Shown here: positions 50,718 through 60,362 of the stretch, in pieces
How the letters are laid out: every line of letters begins with the position of its first letter
Numbering within the stretch: position 1 is the first letter of the stretch
NCBI GenBank assembly: GCA_963422205.2
Contig: CAXMWX010000006.1
Location: forward strand, 1 to 64,000
Length of the DNA: 64,000 nt
Source: Gammaproteobacteria bacterium
Lineage (GTDB): Bacteria; Pseudomonadota; Gammaproteobacteria; Eutrophobiales; Eutrophobiaceae
Reading direction: 5' to 3'
The notes under the pieces: generated by a model
What the model saw: only the letters and a program-made list of their open reading frames with translations
Told to the model about the DNA's origin: nothing
Database searches by the model: none
Position numbers and translations under genes: made by a program

Positions 50718-53655
50718 GCTCATAAAAGCCTGTCTCTGGCTTGCCGGTCTGCTTGCGATCGCATTGATCGGGGCAGTGGTTACCCTCACCACGCTCGATC
50801 CCAACGACTATAAAGACTGGCTGGTGAATAAAGTACAGCAGGAGACTGGCAGGCATCTTACCCTGACTGGCGATTTGGGCATCACCTTCTACCCCTGGCT
50901 GGGGCTCAAGGCCAGGGATTTGCGCCTTGGTCAGGCGGAGGGCTTTGGGGATACGGCATTTGTGCGAATGGACTATGTGAACTTTCGCATCAAGACGCTG
51001 CCGCTGTTACAGGGGCAGTACGAGATCGATACGGTGAACATCCAGGGCGCAGAGTTAAACCTGGCAAAAAATTCGCAAGGGGTGAGCAACTGGGATGATC
51101 TGCTTGCCGCCGAGCCGACCAGCGAACAATCCGCCCCCCTGCCATTGACGGCGCTCGCCCTGGGGGGTGTGAATATTGAAAACGCCGTGATCACCTGGCG
51201 TGATGAGCAAACCGACACGCAGGCGAAAATCCAGGCGCTGAACATCAAGACAGCGGAGTTGAAATATGGCGAGCCGATCGATCTTGCCATGCGCTTTCAT
51301 GCGCTGAGTAACCGGCCGGCGCTCGATACCGAGGTGACCTTGCAAGGTGTCTTTCACTACGATACAGATTCCGGGCAGTACAGTCTGGCGCCACTTAACA
51401 TCTTCTCTGTCGTGAGAGGAGAGAATATTCCGAACGGTGAGGCCCGCGCCACACTGGATACCGGGATAGTGATTAATCGGGATGATGACACCGCCGAGGT
51501 GACCGAGTTGAAACTGACCGTGCTGGACTCAATGATCATGGCATCGCTGACCGCCAGCGACATCTCCACGACAAGGCCAAAGGTCACGCTCACCCTGTCG
51601 GTGGCTGGCGGCGATCTGGCTTCGTTCTTTAAGGTCTGGGAGATAGAGCCTCTGGCCAGCCAGATTGCCACCCTGAAAGAGCGCCGCTTTGATGTCAACA
51701 TGGCACTTGCCGCTGATGGTGGCCGCGGTGATATCACGCTCTCAACCTTGCAGGCCACGCTGCTGGGCGCCAGCATTGATGGCGAGCTCACGGCACGCCA
51801 TGTCCGATCAGACAAGCCGGAGTACCGCGGCAGGCTGACGGCAACAGGGCCCGACCTGCCGACACTGATGCAGGTGCTGGGGCAGTTGCAGGGCGGCAAG
51901 GACAGCGCCCTGTCACGCTATGGCAGGAAACTGGCGCATGTTCAAGGCAAGGCATTTGTGCTGGAGACAGAGTTTGATGCCGATATTGCCAGCGGCACTG
52001 TCACGGTGCCAACGCTGGCGGTTGATGCCCTGGGGGTTGCGGTTCGTGGTGAGTTGCATGGCAGCAACCTGCAAGATAAAGACGGCAGTCTGACCGGCAG
52101 CCTTCAGATCAGGGCGGAGAAGTTGGCCGGTGTGTTGAGGGCGGTTGAGCAGGAGGCGCTGGCGGAGATCGTGCAGTCGGTAAATTTTAACACCCGGCTG
52201 TCCGGCAATGCCCGCCGTGTGACCCTGGTGCCCTTGACCATGCAGGCCGTGCTCGCTGGCAAAAACATCCCCGGATCGCCGGTCACGGTGGCCTTGAGTG
52301 CGGCCAGCAGCAGCATCTCACTTCACAGCGAGAGACTGACACTCACGGCATTTGAGTTGAATGATATGGCGCTTAGCGGCCTGGGTTTGAATTTATCCGG
52401 CAGGATCAGCGCCAGTAATATGGATAAGGCGGTTCAGCTTGAAGGCGAACTTGAACTGGCAGAAATGAACCTGCGGCAACTGGCACGGCAATTACACCAG
52501 CCGCTGCCCGTGATGGCCGATAACACCACCCTGCAAAAAGTCGCCTTGAGCAGCCGCTTTTCCGGTAACCCCCGGGCCTTGAGTTTGCCGCACCTGCTGT
52601 TGCAGGTGGATGAGACGACCCTGCAAGGCAAGGTGTCAGCCACGGCGGATGAGGCGGGCAGCGGTACTTACGCCTTCGATTTGGCTATCGATGCCATTGA
52701 TCTGGACCGCTATCTGCCCCCCCGGACCAGCGATGGGGTGCCTGCGGGCAAACCGGCTGTGGCGGACGGTGCCGATGCCGGGGATGCAGGGCGTGTTGCG
52801 GTCTTGCGTCAGCTTGACATGGCGGGTGATGTGACCATCAACCGGCTCAAGCTGGCTAATGTCAGGCTGGCCAATGTGGTGCTGGCGGTGGCCGCTGACG
52901 GCGGCGTTATGCAACTGAATCCGATTGCCGCTGATCTGTATCAGGGCAAATACCGTGGCGATGTCATGATAGATGCAGCAAAAAAGTTACCGCACCTGAC
53001 GGTTAATTCCACACTGAGCGGCGTGAATGCCAAATCATTACTTGATGATGCGATTGGCTCGGTCAACCTGCAGGGCACGGGCAATCTGAATCTTGCCCTG
53101 GCGGCGACTGGCCTGAATGCACCAGCAATCAAGCGCACCTTGAACGGCACCGCCAGCTTGCGCTTGCAGGAGGGGCTGTTTGTGGGCGTGGACATAGGGC
53201 AAATCCTGAAGCAGGTGGAGATCATGCTGGAGAGCAAGCGTTTCGGGCGCATTGATAAAGGCAGGCAGACGCCGTTTGACAGCCTCACCGGCAGTTTTGA
53301 TATCAACGCCGGTATCATCAGCAATCGTGATTTGTTAATGCAGGGCAATGGTTTCAAGGTCACTGGCAAGGGCATACTGGCCAACCTGGTAACCGGGGAC
53401 TGGGATTATGATTTGACCCTTGCCGTGGCCGAGGGCAGGGCCACCAGAGGACAGGAGACGTATAATCTTGGTGGTTATGATCTTCCGGTCACGTGCCGGG
53501 GCAGGCTACAGGATACAAATTGTAAACTGGATATTGCCCGCATTGCAGAAGCTGCGCTGAAAAAAACCATCATTGACAAGATTCTGCCCTCCGGCAAAGA
53601 GGACGAAGGGCAGGGTTTTGATCCGGCGAAAGAGTTATTGAAAAAAATATTTTGA
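50701..53655 (+). CDS. AsmA-family protein (long)
   Basis: TM + DPNDYK...TGR.L...GDL...FYPWLG; IDLDRYLP; follows argH and precedes mutY. Confidence 0.88.
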   Translation: MQPMPKLIKACLWLAGLLAIALIGAVVTLTTLDPNDYKDWLVNKVQQETGRHLTLTGDLGITFYPWLGLKARDLRLGQAEGFGDTAFVRMDYVNFRIKTLPLLQGQYEIDTVNIQGAELNLAKNSQGVSNWDDLLAAEPTSEQSAPLPLTALALGGVNIENAVITWRDEQTDTQAKIQALNIKTAELKYGEPIDLAMRFHALSNRPALDTEVTLQGVFHYDTDSGQYSLAPLNIFSVVRGENIPNGEARATLDTGIVINRDDDTAEVTELKLTVLDSMIMASLTASDISTTRPKVTLTLSVAGGDLASFFKVWEIEPLASQIATLKERRFDVNMALAADGGRGDITLSTLQATLLGASIDGELTARHVRSDKPEYRGRLTATGPDLPTLMQVLGQLQGGKDSALSRYGRKLAHVQGKAFVLETEFDADIASGTVTVPTLAVDALGVAVRGELHGSNLQDKDGSLTGSLQIRAEKLAGVLRAVEQEALAEIVQSVNFNTRLSGNARRVTLVPLTMQAVLAGKNIPGSPVTVALSAASSSISLHSERLTLTAFELNDMALSGLGLNLSGRISASNMDKAVQLEGELELAEMNLRQLARQLHQPLPVMADNTTLQKVALSSRFSGNPRALSLPHLLLQVDETTLQGKVSATADEAGSGTYAFDLAIDAIDLDRYLPPRTSDGVPAGKPAVADGADAGDAGRVAVLRQLDMAGDVTINRLKLANVRLANVVLAVAADGGVMQLNPIAADLYQGKYRGDVMIDAAKKLPHLTVNSTLSGVNAKSLLDDAIGSVNLQGTGNLNLALAATGLNAPAIKRTLNGTASLRLQEGLFVGVDIGQILKQVEIMLESKRFGRIDKGRQTPFDSLTGSFDINAGIISNRDLLMQGNGFKVTGKGILANLVTGDWDYDLTLAVAEGRATRGQETYNLGGYDLPVTCRGRLQDTNCKLDIARIAEAALKKTIIDKILPSGKEDEGQGFDPAKELLKKIF

Positions 53656-53665
53656 TCTCGGCATC

Positions 53666-54217
53666 GTGTGGCGTTTGGTTATCTTTGCCGGGCTGTGGTC
53701 TCTGGCATCGGCCGCGGCGGGCGAGTTGGAATCCGTGTCGGTAGAGCAGGCGGGTCGGGGCTACAAAATAGAGGCTGTCATGCAGGTTCGGGCAAAACCG
53801 GAAACCGTCATGGCGATATTGATCGATCACAAAGCGCTGGCGGACATCAGCGACATGCTGGTGAGGGTTCATGCCAGCCCCGGCACCACGGGGGTGATGA
53901 GGCGGCGGCTGAATTTTCATGCCTGTCTGTTGTCGTTCTGCCTGCCATTTCAGATCACCGATGTTGTGCGGCACAGCGGGCCAAACCGTATCCACAGCAA
54001 CATCATCCCGGAGCAGAGCGACTTCAGCGATGGCATCACCCGATGGACTGTCGAGGCGGCGGGCAAGATGCAGAGCCGTATCCATTTTTATGCTGAAATG
54101 CAGCCGGATTTCTGGGTGCCGCCGCTCATCGGGCCGGCCCTGATCAAGGCGAAATTGACAACAGAGATCAGGGCGAGCATCGCCACTATCGAGCGAATGG
54201 CAGGGATGCGGCCTTGA
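53666..54217 (+). CDS. Exported SRPBCC/polyketide cyclase-like protein
   Basis: Signal peptide, SDF..G...W, PDFWVPPLIGP. Confidence 0.65.
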   Translation: MWRLVIFAGLWSLASAAAGELESVSVEQAGRGYKIEAVMQVRAKPETVMAILIDHKALADISDMLVRVHASPGTTGVMRRRLNFHACLLSFCLPFQITDVVRHSGPNRIHSNIIPEQSDFSDGITRWTVEAAGKMQSRIHFYAEMQPDFWVPPLIGPALIKAKLTTEIRASIATIERMAGMRP

Positions 54218-55269
54218 TCGCCAGGCCATTGCTCTGCTGGTTTGCTGAACACGGGCGGCATGATCTGCCCTGGCAGCGTGACACCACGCCGTATCGGGTG
54301 TGGCTATCGGAGATCATGCTGCAACAAACGCAGGTATGCACAGTGCGGCCTTATTTTGAGCGCTTTATGCGGCGCTTCCCGAATGTGCAATCGCTGGCGG
54401 CGGCCGAGCGGGATCAGGTGTTACATCTGTGGACTGGCCTGGGGTACTATGCCCGTGCCCGCAACCTGCACCGCACCGCGGGGATCGTGGCAGAGCAACA
54501 TGCTGGCCGTTTCCCTGATACGCTGGATGGCCTGATGGCCCTGCCGGGGATTGGTCGTTCCACGGCGGGCGCTATCCTGGCCATTGGCATGCAGCAGCGG
54601 GCGGCGATTCTTGATGGCAACGCCAGACGCATACTGGCTAGGGTCTATGCGATCAAGGCGTGGCCGGGGCGGGCGGGCGTTGAGAGGCAACTGTGGCGGC
54701 TGGCTGAACAGAACACGCCGGCACGGCAGGTCGCTGACTACACCCAAGCGATCATGGACCTGGGCGCAACCATCTGTACCCGCTCGAAACCGCACTGTGG
54801 CGATTGCCCCCTAAGCCGTCTCTGCCAGGCATATCAGCGCGGTGAACAAGCCCTGTGTCCGGGCAAAAAACCAAGGCAGCGCCTGCCGGTTAAAGCCGCC
54901 GTATTCGCATTGGCGCTGGATGCAAGGCAGGCGGTTTTACTTAAACAACGGCCTGCGCCGGGCCTCTGGGGCGGGTTGTGGTGTTTGCCGGAATTTGACA
55001 CGCTGGCCGACTGCAAGGCGTGGTTATCGGCCCGGTTTCATATCCAGAGAATGGAAACCTGTGCCGTGACCAGACACACATTCAGCCACTTTCATCTCAA
55101 GATTACCCCGGTGAAAGTGCAAGTTGAGGAGAAAACGCATAGAATTGCCGATGAGGCGGGTTATTTGTGGTACCAGCCAGCGGAGGGCCGGGAAATCGGC
55201 CTGGCTGCACCCGTGCTGCGCCTGCTGAAACAATACGCCACAGCAGAGGCTAAACAACAGAGGATATAA
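54214..55269 (+). CDS. mutY: A/G-specific adenine glycosylase
   Basis: [39 protein letters not shown], Fe-S Cys cluster. Confidence 0.97.
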   Translation: MIARPLLCWFAEHGRHDLPWQRDTTPYRVWLSEIMLQQTQVCTVRPYFERFMRRFPNVQSLAAAERDQVLHLWTGLGYYARARNLHRTAGIVAEQHAGRFPDTLDGLMALPGIGRSTAGAILAIGMQQRAAILDGNARRILARVYAIKAWPGRAGVERQLWRLAEQNTPARQVADYTQAIMDLGATICTRSKPHCGDCPLSRLCQAYQRGEQALCPGKKPRQRLPVKAAVFALALDARQAVLLKQRPAPGLWGGLWCLPEFDTLADCKAWLSARFHIQRMETCAVTRHTFSHFHLKITPVKVQVEEKTHRIADEAGYLWYQPAEGREIGLAAPVLRLLKQYATAEAKQQRI

Positions 55270-55271
55270 CC

Positions 55272-55544
55272 ATGTCACGCCGGGTGAATTGCGTCAAACT
55301 CCAACAGGAGGGCGAGGGCCTGCCCGCCCCGCCCTACCCGGGCGCATTGGGGCAGCGCATATTTGAGCAGGTATCTGCCGAGGCATGGCAGATGTGGCTG
55401 GATCATCAAACCATGCTGATCAATGAGTACCGGCTGACCCCCTATGAGACCAAGGCAAGGGAATTTCTGGAAACCGAGATGGAAAAATATTTCTTTGGTG
55501 AGGGTTCGGAGAAGCCCGAGGCATTTACCAAACCACAAAGTTAG
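55272..55544 (+). CDS. yggX: Fe(II)-trafficking/oxidative damage protection protein
   Basis: [10 protein letters not shown]...PYPG.LG.RI...[12 protein letters not shown]. Confidence 0.93.
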   Translation: MSRRVNCVKLQQEGEGLPAPPYPGALGQRIFEQVSAEAWQMWLDHQTMLINEYRLTPYETKAREFLETEMEKYFFGEGSEKPEAFTKPQS

Positions 55545-55718
55545 CCCTCGCCGCCAGCTTGACTCCGATCCTCATGCCGAGTTAAATGCGCTCCTTTTGC
55601 CGCATAAATCACACCTGCTCAAGAGGTGGCGGGGCAGAGGCGGCATCGGCGGGGGATTGCAGCTCGGCTGTTTGGTGCAGCTATAGATGTTTAAGAGAAA
55701 GCGGTTTATCCACACTAT

Positions 55719-55794
55719 GGCCAGGTAGCTCAGTCGGTAGAGCAGGGGACTGAAAATCCCTGTGTCGGCAGTTCGATTCTGTCCCTGGCCACCA
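55719..55794 (+). tRNA. tRNA-Phe(GAA)
   Basis: GGCCAGG acceptor, AGCTCAGTCGGTAGAGC D-arm, CTGAAAA anticodon loop, TTCGA T-loop, CCA end; 76 nt. Confidence 0.97.
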
Positions 55795-56075
55795 TTCTTT
55801 AACACAACCCTTGTCGATGCTATGCTGCAAATCGGCGTACAGTTCTCTGGTCAATGCTTAAATGCCATAATCCTTCACCTGTCCCCAATGCTGATATTAT
55901 TTAAATGAAAGATAAGCACAGTAGCAGCTAAAAATAACGGCGAAATGGACACTTCGGATAGAACGGCACTATAATTATTTCATGGTGTCACCTCTCGAAC
56001 CCATAAACTTTATCAGACAAAGTGTCTGTTAAAGTATAGTTATATGGCTAAATCAGGAGTAAATGCAGTAACTAT

Positions 56076-56740
56076 ATGAAAGGCAATATTAGTCAGTGGA
56101 ATGATGCTAAAGGTTTCGGTTTTATCACGGTTCCAGAGAAGAATGATCGACTTTTCTTTCATATCTCATCTGTCAAAACCAGGAGTAGAAGACCTGAAAT
56201 TGGTGATAGTGTTGAGTTTGAAATTGGAGAAGACAGAAATGGAAAACTCAGAGCAACTTCAGTTGTCATATCAGGTTTAACACAAAGTCATGCTCGCTCT
56301 TCCAAGCGAATCATCGTTGATCCACCGAAGATGGATTTTCTCGATTTTACTCTTCCAATTATTATTATCTCCTCATCAGCATTTACAGCTTATCAGTATT
56401 ACCTAAACCAGGGCGTCGAAAAATATGGTTTTATGCTATACCGGCTGTTATTGCTTTCCTGGTTTCTGGTCGCACAAAAAAGCCAAAGCAACAATACTTC
56501 TCATGTGCTAAGTGTAAGTCAGTAGAGAGGTTCGCTCCCAGAACGATCAAAGCCTGGAATAGAAAAATGACAAGACTGTACTGCAACATTTGTCATCAAG
56601 AGTGGATTAGAAATAACCCAAGAGAAGAAGTGCAGCACTTCCCCCGAAAAGAAGACTCAAGTGGCTGTCTTGGTTCTTTTCTTATCATTCTAACTGTGCC
56701 AATAGTTGCAGTCGCAGCAATTATTCAGTTACTTACGTAA
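56076..56740 (+). pseudogene. Cold-shock-domain membrane protein with CxxC pair (integron cassette gene), frameshift at an A-run ~56420
   Basis: WNDAKGFGFI...FFHISS CSD; adding one A continues as EKIWFYAIP...CAKC...CNIC...TM to TAA at 56738. Confidence 0.75.
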
Positions 56741-56745
56741 CCGCC

Positions 56746-56805
56746 ATATAACAAAAAATTCCAACGGATACGCCTGGCGGCGTGCCGCTGAATTTGGCGT
56801 TATCT
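56746..56805 (+). mobile_element. Integron attC site (60 bp)
   Basis: ATATAAC-N5-ATTCCAAC-GGATACGCC...GGCGTGCC-GCTGAAT-N5-GTTATCT with two extrahelical bases; matching core GTTATAT at 56039-56045. Confidence 0.88.
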
Positions 56806-56847
56806 GTTACTGGAAAATAATCAAGGATGGACTGGACTATATCAAGC

Positions 56848-56906
56848 ATGAATAAAGCATATACCGCAATCATTAAAGAAGATAAGGGCTGGTGGATCGG
56901 CTGGAT
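56848..56906 (+). pseudogene. HicB-like antitoxin N-terminus truncated by an insertion
   Basis: MNKAYTAIIKEDKGWWIGW, then abrupt switch to the repeated element end. Confidence 0.65.
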
Positions 56907-57152
56907 GTGTGGGTGGTGTTCATTTTGAGACAAAAATGTGCATTTTATGATCACAATTACCCGAAAAATGATCATTTTGAGGGCGGTTAATAGCCATTTA
57001 CGGCTGCTTTGAAGCGGGTTTGATGCTACACTTACGGCGTGCCGCGTGAGGCTGAAAAATCGTCGGGTCAGCGGGTGATCCTATCCTGGCAATAGCGACA
57101 CCCATGCGGGGGTGCCAGGCATTATGACCTGGATGGCGTCCTGCCATGCGGC
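56906..57152 (+). repeat. Copy 1 of a repeated block: TG-terminated element end with TCATTTTGAG motifs plus structured RNA
   Basis: Aligns with 63596-63988. Confidence 0.9.
57039..57152 (+). ncRNA. Candidate structured ncRNA, copy 1
   Basis: TGcTACACT extended -10 immediately upstream; GCCGCGTG/CATGCGGC closing stem; internal stems shared with copy 2. Confidence 0.55.
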
Positions 57153-57157
57153 CATTC

Positions 57158-57445
57158 TTATAGTTCCCCGTCCACCAATTCGTATCTTTTCTTGTCCCGC
57201 AGAGTAATGGTCGGCACCATGCCACCAGTACGGACGCTGTTAATGAGTTTACTCCTTTCCCGGTAGTTCACTCGAACTACGAACTTGCCCAGACGCTCCT
57301 CTTCACCTGGGGATGGCTCCTCACCCGCATCAAAGACATACAGCAGTGCCGGATCGACTTTATCGAACAGCACGGCCTGCGGCTGTTCAATGTGTCTGGA
57401 CAGGTTCAGGAGTTCAGTTCTGGGGATGGCTGCGCCCCGCCTGCG
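57158..57445 (-). pseudogene. C-terminal fragment resembling phage MuF-associated BECR-type nuclease domains
   Basis: RGAAIPRTELLNLSRHIEQPQAVLFDKVDPALLYVFD...KFVVRVN...INSVRTG; family recalled from the motif, not searched. Confidence 0.45.
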
Positions 57446-57572
57446 GCAAGGCCATCAATGCCATGCTCATCCATGAGCAGGGCGATATTCTCAAGGTACT
57501 ACAAGCCATCCGCAGGGAGGGCGTACCGAAACGCCTGCAACCCTTCAGCGACATACTGCATTCCACCGCCTG

Positions 57573-57800
57573 ATGCCCGCATCCATCCGCCTGTCACTGA
57601 TTGCCGTGCTGTTATCTCTCGCCACCCACTCATCCCTCGCCCATCAGACCTGTTGCAACTTAACCGAGCCGGTCACCTGGTATCAACTGCCCGATGGGGC
57701 GGTGATTGTCATCGATGCGTGCCAGAAGGTGTTCCCACCCAGGACGGCGACCTCCAAGCCACCGCAACATGCCGCCGAGTTCGCTGAACACCGCCACCGC
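57573..57800 (+). pseudogene. Zot/pI-like (inovirus morphogenesis ATPase) fragment
   Basis: WYQLPDGAVIVIDACQKVFPPR...KPPQH.AEF.EHRHR matches the Zot Walker B/HRH region (E to A). Confidence 0.65.
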
Positions 57801-58473
57801 ATTAAGAGCTATCGAAGAGAAAGGCAAAGAGAACTGCCGCTTTCTCTTTGCCGATACTGGCAATGAACACGAGTTGACCTACCAATATCTCTATGACTAC
57901 CTGCAACCGAGACTGAACATCCGCATCGAGACCGTCAAGGCTGACTTTACCCAACGTATCGCCGACAAGCGCACCTTTATCCAGACCCACTGGGCGGCGG
58001 AAGGTTGGGTCATCCGCCATCCCATCGTCAACTGGTCAGCTGCCGAGGTCATCAATTACATTACAAAGACGCATCAACTGCAACTTAACCCCCTCTATCG
58101 CCAGGGCATGCACCGGGTCGGTTGTATGCCCTGCATCAACTGCCGCAAGGATGACATGCATCAGATGGCCACCCGCTACCCTGAACACATCGACAAAATC
58201 AGACAATGGGAGCATCTGGTATGCTTGGTCAATAAGCGCAGGGTGAGTTCATTTTTCTCGGACAAGGCAAAAAGAAGCACCACACCACAACCAGGCTATC
58301 ATTATGATAAGGATAGCGGTCACTATGTCGAATCCGCCGAAGCCGTCTATGAGCGCATCAAGATCGATGAGCGGGTCAAATGGGCGGCCACCGGACGAGG
58401 GGGACACACTTATGACTTGTTCAAGCAACATCCCCCGCCCGCCTGTGTCAGTGTCTATGGGCTGTGTGAGTAG
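57790..58473 (+). pseudogene. Phage-type PAPS reductase-family protein, 5'-truncated and apparently internally deleted
   Basis: TATAL...FADTGNEH, NPLY.QG..RVGCMPCINC, C.SVYGLCE; SGGKDS loop absent. Confidence 0.75.
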
Positions 58474-58572
58474 AGGGAGATCAACCTCATCGCCAGACTG
58501 CTTTGACCAACCGAGCTGGCAGCGACAGTACGGTCATTGTCAGTCAGGCCAAGCCTCGCTATACTGTCAGCC

Positions 58573-58866
58573 ATGAGTGCTGTTGCCTTTGATACCTTGA
58601 AGTTTGCCCGCCGACTGGAACAGGCCGGCTTGGATTCCAGCCAGGCAGCCACGTTTGCAGAAGCACAGAAAGATGCCTTTGCCGAGGTGCTGGATAACCA
58701 GGTGGCCACCAAGGCAGATGTACGGGAGTTAAGGGCAGAATCGAAAGCGGATATTCACGAGCTAAGAGCCGAGCAACGCCTGATGAAGTGGATGTTAAGT
58801 TTCAATCTCATACTGTCTTTTGCCATTCTCTCGATGGTGGCCTCTATCTTGTTGAAGGGGGGATAA
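58573..58866 (+). CDS. DUF1640/CCDC90-like protein
   Basis: FDTLKF, ATKAD, TM tail; TTGTCA-17-TATACT ends 7 nt before the ATG. Confidence 0.85.
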   Translation: MSAVAFDTLKFARRLEQAGLDSSQAATFAEAQKDAFAEVLDNQVATKADVRELRAESKADIHELRAEQRLMKWMLSFNLILSFAILSMVASILLKGG

Positions 58867-59284
58867 GAGCACGCAGATCGCTATGCTACCCTGATCGCTC
58901 AAGCCGCCAGGGGACGGCAGTGGCCATCTGTATCACAGATAAAACCAGGGGATTTACCCCCTACCCTTACCCTTGCCCACCCCCGGAAAACGCCCAGAAA
59001 CGCATCTACGGCGGTCGGATATCTCTGTTTGACGGCTGAACGGGGATTCTCCGGCTTTTGCTCATCTCAGCACCAGCAAGTTAAAGCCACCTCAAAGCGC
59101 GGCTTTACGTTGACAGGGTGGGGATGACCACCTGCGGCATCACTGGCGGGTCAATCAACCGGTTAGCACTGGCCATCCGCCGGTCGCCCGCGGTGCCAGG
59201 TAAACCCGCCAGGGCGCAAAGCGGCTGTCACACCCACCACACCACGATGCCGGCGATCGGGACGGTGAGGCATGCCCTGTTGTG

Positions 59285-59502
59285 TGTCTATTCTTATCTC
59301 GTGCTGTGTAACGAGATAAGAATAGACAGGGCATGACACACCGCACCAGGGATGAGATGTAAAGGGACGGGATGGGAACAGAGGTGAGGGTGGTTATAGG
59401 GATAAAACGGGGTGTGTTTTATCCCTATAACCACAGAAGGGATAACGGGGCGGCGGATGGTTTTAATTCCCGAAGCGAAGCGTTTTTATGAGGGAATTAA
59501 AA
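59285..59502. repeat. Three perfect inverted repeats (18, 19 and 11 bp arms)
   Basis: 59285-59328, 59390-59434, 59461-59502. Confidence 0.9.
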
Positions 59503-59601
59503 ACAGCAGACGACCACAAAGCCAGTGCTGGCATCCGGGGGCCTGGTGAGCGGGGCAAATGACTGTCTTCGTCCCAGTCAGTGCTATTCAGCTCAGCTCA
59601 G

Positions 59602-60056
59602 CTGCGGTGGTGTTCTCACTCACAGCCAGATAATTTGCTGGTAACGTGAACTCAGTCAGTATCATGCATTGTCAGCCAGGCTGACCACAGTTATACTGCC
59701 AGCATCATTATGAACACAGACCTGATTATTGCCGTTCTCTCTCTCGCTGGTATTCAGATCGGTCTTATTGCCTGGTTGCGGTCGGATATCCGTCGTATGG
59801 AGGATTGGTTTCGCCGGGATATGCAACGCATAGATGATCGGTTATCTGCTCTGGAGATCAGACTGTCTGCTGTTGAGCACAGTCAGGCACATCTGGAAGG
59901 CTTGTTGGAAGGATTACGTGAAGCCATCGTAGCACGTGCGGCTTAACTCTTTGCCTGCGGTGGTGTTCTCACTCACAGCCAGATAATTTGCTGGTAACAT
60001 GAACTCAGTCAGTATCATTCATTGTCGGCTAGGCTGACCACAGTTATACTGCCAGC
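59602..60056 (+). repeat. Two 102-bp direct repeats (59602-59703, 59955-60056), each ending in a sigma-70 promoter
   Basis: 4 mismatches between copies; TTGTCR-17-TATACT. Confidence 0.93.
59710..59946 (+). CDS. N-terminally anchored coiled-coil protein (short paralog of 14996)
   Basis: IGLIAWLRSDIRRMED...AHLEGLLEGLREAIVARAA. Confidence 0.8.
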   Translation: MNTDLIIAVLSLAGIQIGLIAWLRSDIRRMEDWFRRDMQRIDDRLSALEIRLSAVEHSQAHLEGLLEGLREAIVARAA

Positions 60057-60058
60057 TT

Positions 60059-60346
60059 ATGAGTACCGTTACCTTTGATACCCTAAAGTTTGCCCAACGA
60101 TTGGAACAGGCCGGACTGGAGCCCAGGCAGGCCGCCGCTTTTGCTGAAGCACAGAAGGATGCCCTCGCAGAAGCACTGGATGATCAGGTTGCTACAAAGG
60201 CAGATATTCATCGTCTGGAACATCGTCTGGAACATCGTCTGGAACGCATTTATGATGAGCTAAAGGGAGAGCAGCGTTTAATAAAATGGATGCTCGGCTT
60301 GATCATTCTGGTGGAGATTATCCCCTTACTCAAATCCGTGCTTTAG
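60059..60346 (+). CDS. DUF1640/CCDC90-like protein
   Basis: FDTLKF, ATKAD, 12-bp tandem repeat (HRLE x3), TM tail. Confidence 0.85.
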   Translation: MSTVTFDTLKFAQRLEQAGLEPRQAAAFAEAQKDALAEALDDQVATKADIHRLEHRLEHRLERIYDELKGEQRLIKWMLGLIILVEIIPLLKSVL

Positions 60347-60362
60347 CCCGGCGGTGAAGACA

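Noticed and set aside
55905-55925. LexA box at a putative intI promoter
   Set aside because: Only one half-site (ACAGTA) matches
58867-59280. Possible Mu-like late-gene intergenic region and short ORFs
   Set aside because: Impression only; no recognisable motif to support a call
7398-60056. TATACTGCCAGC shared by the ahcY promoter and the 102-bp repeats as a common recombination site
   Set aside because: Half of it is the -10 hexamer and only two independent loci share it; may be coincidence
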